A stretch of DNA of 63,960 nucleotides, counting the filler, from Sphacelaria rigidula (Eukaryota): assembly GCA_964200075.2 (NCBI GenBank). It is 9 parts of 9 records of this genome, joined end to end, with 100 filler letters (N's around TTAATTAATTAA, not from the genome) between each part and the next. Parts side by side here need not be neighbours in the genome. Positions count along the whole stretch, not along the records: positions 56,944 to 63,960 come from CAXNAA020016937.1; 8 more parts are not named here. One strand, given 5' to 3'. The position numbers and the translations under genes were made by a program. The notes under the pieces are model-generated. The model saw only the letters and a list, made by a program, of their open reading frames with translations. It did no database searches and was not told the origin of the DNA. Positions 60,341-63,960 of this stretch are shown here, one piece after another. The first letter of the stretch is position 1. The number at the start of each line of letters is the position of its first letter.

Positions 60341-63333
60341 ACTTAGTTTCTGTTCGTCAAGATTTTCAACCGTGAGCTTTTTAATTTTCTATGCATCGCG
60401 CAGGCCAAGGTCCGGTTCGTTGTGGAAGGCCTACTCCCTACTGGCCCAGAAGATTGGATGAGAGGCGGTGAGTCAGTCCGTCGCGCGTGCTCGTAGCATG
60501 AAGTCCCGCAACCACAGATTTCCCATGCGCGCTACCACACGCGCACGCTGAAATTTCCCAATGTGCAAGCCAATGTACCCCAATTTCCCGGTGTAGCCCA
60601 CACGAGGTAGTCCGTATACTGTACTGCTTCACAATCATGCATCGAAAAGCGCGGAACGCACTAACGGTCAGTGTTGCCTGCAGGTTCGACCGTCATGTAC
60701 TCATCCGTGCTCGTCCCTCGCCATGTTTCAGAGCGCGCCGTACGCAGTGGTATTGGCTTCAGCTGAAAAGTTGCCTCGGTCGAGTCTCTACAAATAGCGC
60801 TGGCCCCGAACGTTCTTTCGCATGACAGCGCCGGGCAGGACTTCAAGGTCGCAGGCTACGGAATAGATTCCACGACATGGCCAACGATGGCCACACGCAC
60901 ACCTGTAACGGTCGGCGTCGCCCCAACCCTCACACGGGTTGTTCGAGCGGGGTGTATGTCGGGCCCGATGGTCCACACGAGAATAACCGTGACGCCGACT
61001 GCAGGCGAACGTCCTCTGGTTTGTCTCAATGCCTCGAAATCAGCGGCATCAATCTTAACCCTCACGAGCAAGGCAATTCCCTCCTGACTTTGCACGTCCG
61101 TATGCTGTCCAACATGACACGAGAGGTCTTGACTTACTCTCGACGAGTCGTTCACGAGGTACGCAACGGGGCCACCAATAGGAAAATCATTATTACTAGG
61201 ATCGTACGAAATAGTATGCACCACAGAAAGGGGGGGGGCTACTACGGTCTGCGCATTTGAAATCTGGTTCCGCGGACGGTGCTTTTTCGACTTTCCCTCG
61301 ATGCGAGTGTTCGACCGGGTTGATGTAGCCTTTCGTGCGGTACTTGAGCAGGGAAAGACTTGGTAGGGCGCGTTGCAGTGGCGGGGGGAGATGACCGCTG
61401 GGAGGGAGTGCCTTCTATCGCTGTCGGTGTGTGGTTGCTGTGGGTGAGACGTAGTGTGGGTGGTCACGTGGTGGCCGTGATTGGGTGGATGTGGTGGTTG
61501 TCGTTCTCGGTTTGTTGTACTCTTTTTGGAAGTGTTTTCGGATTTGTCGTGATCCTCCAACGCGTCTATGAACATGCCCATTTCCCTGCATTTTACATAT
61601 TTCGATCTTGGTCCACCATCAGCATTCCTGTATAACCACCATTCTCAGTGAGCGCCTGGCAGATGAAAGGAACATAACCCAAGATTCGCGCCTCGCGGGG
61701 GAAAATAATTTACCCGGTCATGTTCACATCATAACCGTCGAGAACCGCCGGCTGTCCTGCGGGGACATCGTCCATCATTCGACCCTGAGATATGAAAATA
61801 TATTGGCTAGTTATTCTTTAGGTGGTAGTTGGGAACGCCGTGTCTACTTCGACCCCGGTAAATGAGCGAATGTGACCCAGTGATTTGCACATGAGACTGG
61901 TTTTCCACCATCACCAGTTGCTCAGGAAGTCATTTTTGGTGCGACCCTGGCAGATGAACCGGTGTGATCCAGTGGTTACGCATGATACCCGTTCTCCATC
62001 CCCAGCACTTGTCCGGGAGCCTATTATTTCACCCTGGCAGATGAAATAGTAGTAGCAAGGGACCTTACACATGACACTCGTCGTTAGCTATGGGCACTTG
62101 CTCGGGGACATCATCTTTACTCAGGCCTTGGAAGGTAAAAATATGCTAGGCACAGCGTTTACACGTTACCATCGTTATCTAACACCAACACTCGGTCGGG
62201 GGCATCTTCGTGTACTGACTCTGGCAGATGAAAAAACATTGGCCGGTGATCTTACACATGGCACAGTGGGTGTCCGCCACCATCGGTTGCTCGGGGTGAT
62301 CGATTTTGGTTCGACCGATCCAGTGGTTCCGCACGATACTCGTTCTCCATCACCAGCACTTGTCCGGGAGCATCATTGGGAACCCTCATCATCAACCATC
62401 CAACTGCATCCTCCCCTTGTACTATTCTGTAAATTTTTGGGAACGAATCTCCATTCTGTGTATCGCAAAGATCCGAATCATAAGGTTGTATGCGAAGTTC
62501 TTGGCGAAGACACCTGCGATACGTATGGGATACGTGGAATATTTACGCCGCACCCGACCCTCCAATATATGACACCGGGCACACGATGTTTTCGCTGTAG
62601 CCTACTTTTGTTGGTCCTTCCTGAGGTACCCCCGTAGAATGGAATGTCAGATACACCTCTACCCCCCGGCGGTGGGAAAATTACAAGTTTCAGATCTCTC
62701 CAAGTGAGAAAGAAGACCACGCAGAGTCCAAGAAGGTGCCCACGACAACAACAGACCAGAGTAGTTCGCGACGCCAGTCAAAGGCGTGTGTAACCCTCAA
62801 TTACTTTTGTATCAAATGCGTATCTGACACACTGGAATGGCTATTTTTCCTTCCGGTTTCATGCGGTAAGTATACGTGGCTATCAATCATACAGGAAGCT
62901 TCTCCTCACTTGTTTTCAGGTTGATTGATGCTCCTTTGTTGCTCTCTCGCATGAGATTGATCACCGATTTCATGCTAAAACGGTCCGTCGTATCACACTG
63001 AACGCTTTTTCATTATTCATACCGTAATCCTAAATGTCCAGATGTTGTGATCACGTCAACACGCTCCGCCAAGTACTTTGCTGTTGCCCACTTACTTGCT
63101 GCATCCCTACTTCCCAGGTGGCTATCCCTCTGGCACCGTTCGCTTTGCTTGCCGCACTGCCTGTGCTGCAGCGATCGACTACATGTACACCGTGCCTACT
63201 GTACTGTACTTCTTCTGCACTACCGTGGTGCAGTGCATGCACTTTTCTATTAATATGGAAGTTTCTTTCTACCCGCATCGTAGCGTCGCAACAATGCACA
63301 GCGTCTGAGCGGCCAGCGGTGATCCAAATGCTA

Positions 63334-63930
63334 CTATAATAGTCGTGTGCCAGTTACGGTACGTCGCAGTAACCTCGAATTGGGTGGGCCAAAGGGTCGG
63401 TCAAAAACATATTTCGGGACACGCAGGCCCCAAAATCGAGAATTCGAGTTTTTGAGGGGGGCGAGGGGGAACATCCAGCTTGCTTCCTCGTAGATTATTG
63501 CCGAGGCGTTGGCGGATGCGATCAGCTGCCGTGTATAGAGATCCTTGGCCTGGAGACCGCCGAGATGACGGACACACCGCCCCTCCAAGCTCATCACCTA
63601 CCATGATTACATTTGTGGGATCATGTTCCTTATCGTGTGCCGCCTAGACTACCTACGACTAGTCCGGGCAAGTTTGGCGAAGCGTGAGATCATCTTGCTA
63701 CTTTGGCCACAGGCTGTCGCTAACGTGCGCTCGAGTATCGTACGTAGATGTGTGTGAGCGTTGCTGGCATTCGAGGTCATCGGGACAGGGCGGGCAATAA
63801 GGAGCAGAAGCAAATACACGAGCCTCGCAAAGCCTGCCAGACGTGTCGATTTTTGTCAGTGTTTGTACATTTCAACATCTTTCAACAATGTAAAAAAAAA
63901 CAATTCATGAACATTTTCGATGAATTGCCC
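63334..63930 (-). repeat. Inverted copy of the 19340-19880 repeat
   Basis: Reverse-complement similarity; boundaries approximate. Confidence 0.8.
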
Positions 63931-63960
63931 TCCGGGAGGGGACGCTTTCTACGATGCCCC

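Overview
This is eukaryotic, intron-rich and repeat-rich DNA, most likely a stramenopile such as a brown alga (inferred from protein style and repeat types). It is NOT one locus. Eight identical 100-nt spacers (N44-TTAATTAATTAA-N44) join nine unplaced contigs of 7019, 7018 (x5) and 7017 (x3) nt, sorted by size, so adjacency across spacers has no biological meaning. Four partial spliced host genes are readable: NAT10 (2 exons), ribosomal protein eL13/RPL13 (last 5 exons), TANGO6/RTP1 (7-8 exons, minus strand, with a probable GC-AG intron) and histidyl-tRNA synthetase (2 exons). The rest is mobile DNA: a young non-autonomous copia-type Gag-protease LTR element, a gypsy integrase remnant, an RTE-like endonuclease remnant, tRNA-headed SINEs, a hAT-type element, several foldback MITEs and palindromic minisatellites. 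The most unusual signal is a ~70-nt retroposon-like element found four times. It ends in poly(C), inserts into C-runs, has long variable target-site duplications that begin with CCCC, and has one 5'-truncated copy, i.e. a poly(C) analogue of poly(A)-tailed TPRT retroposition.
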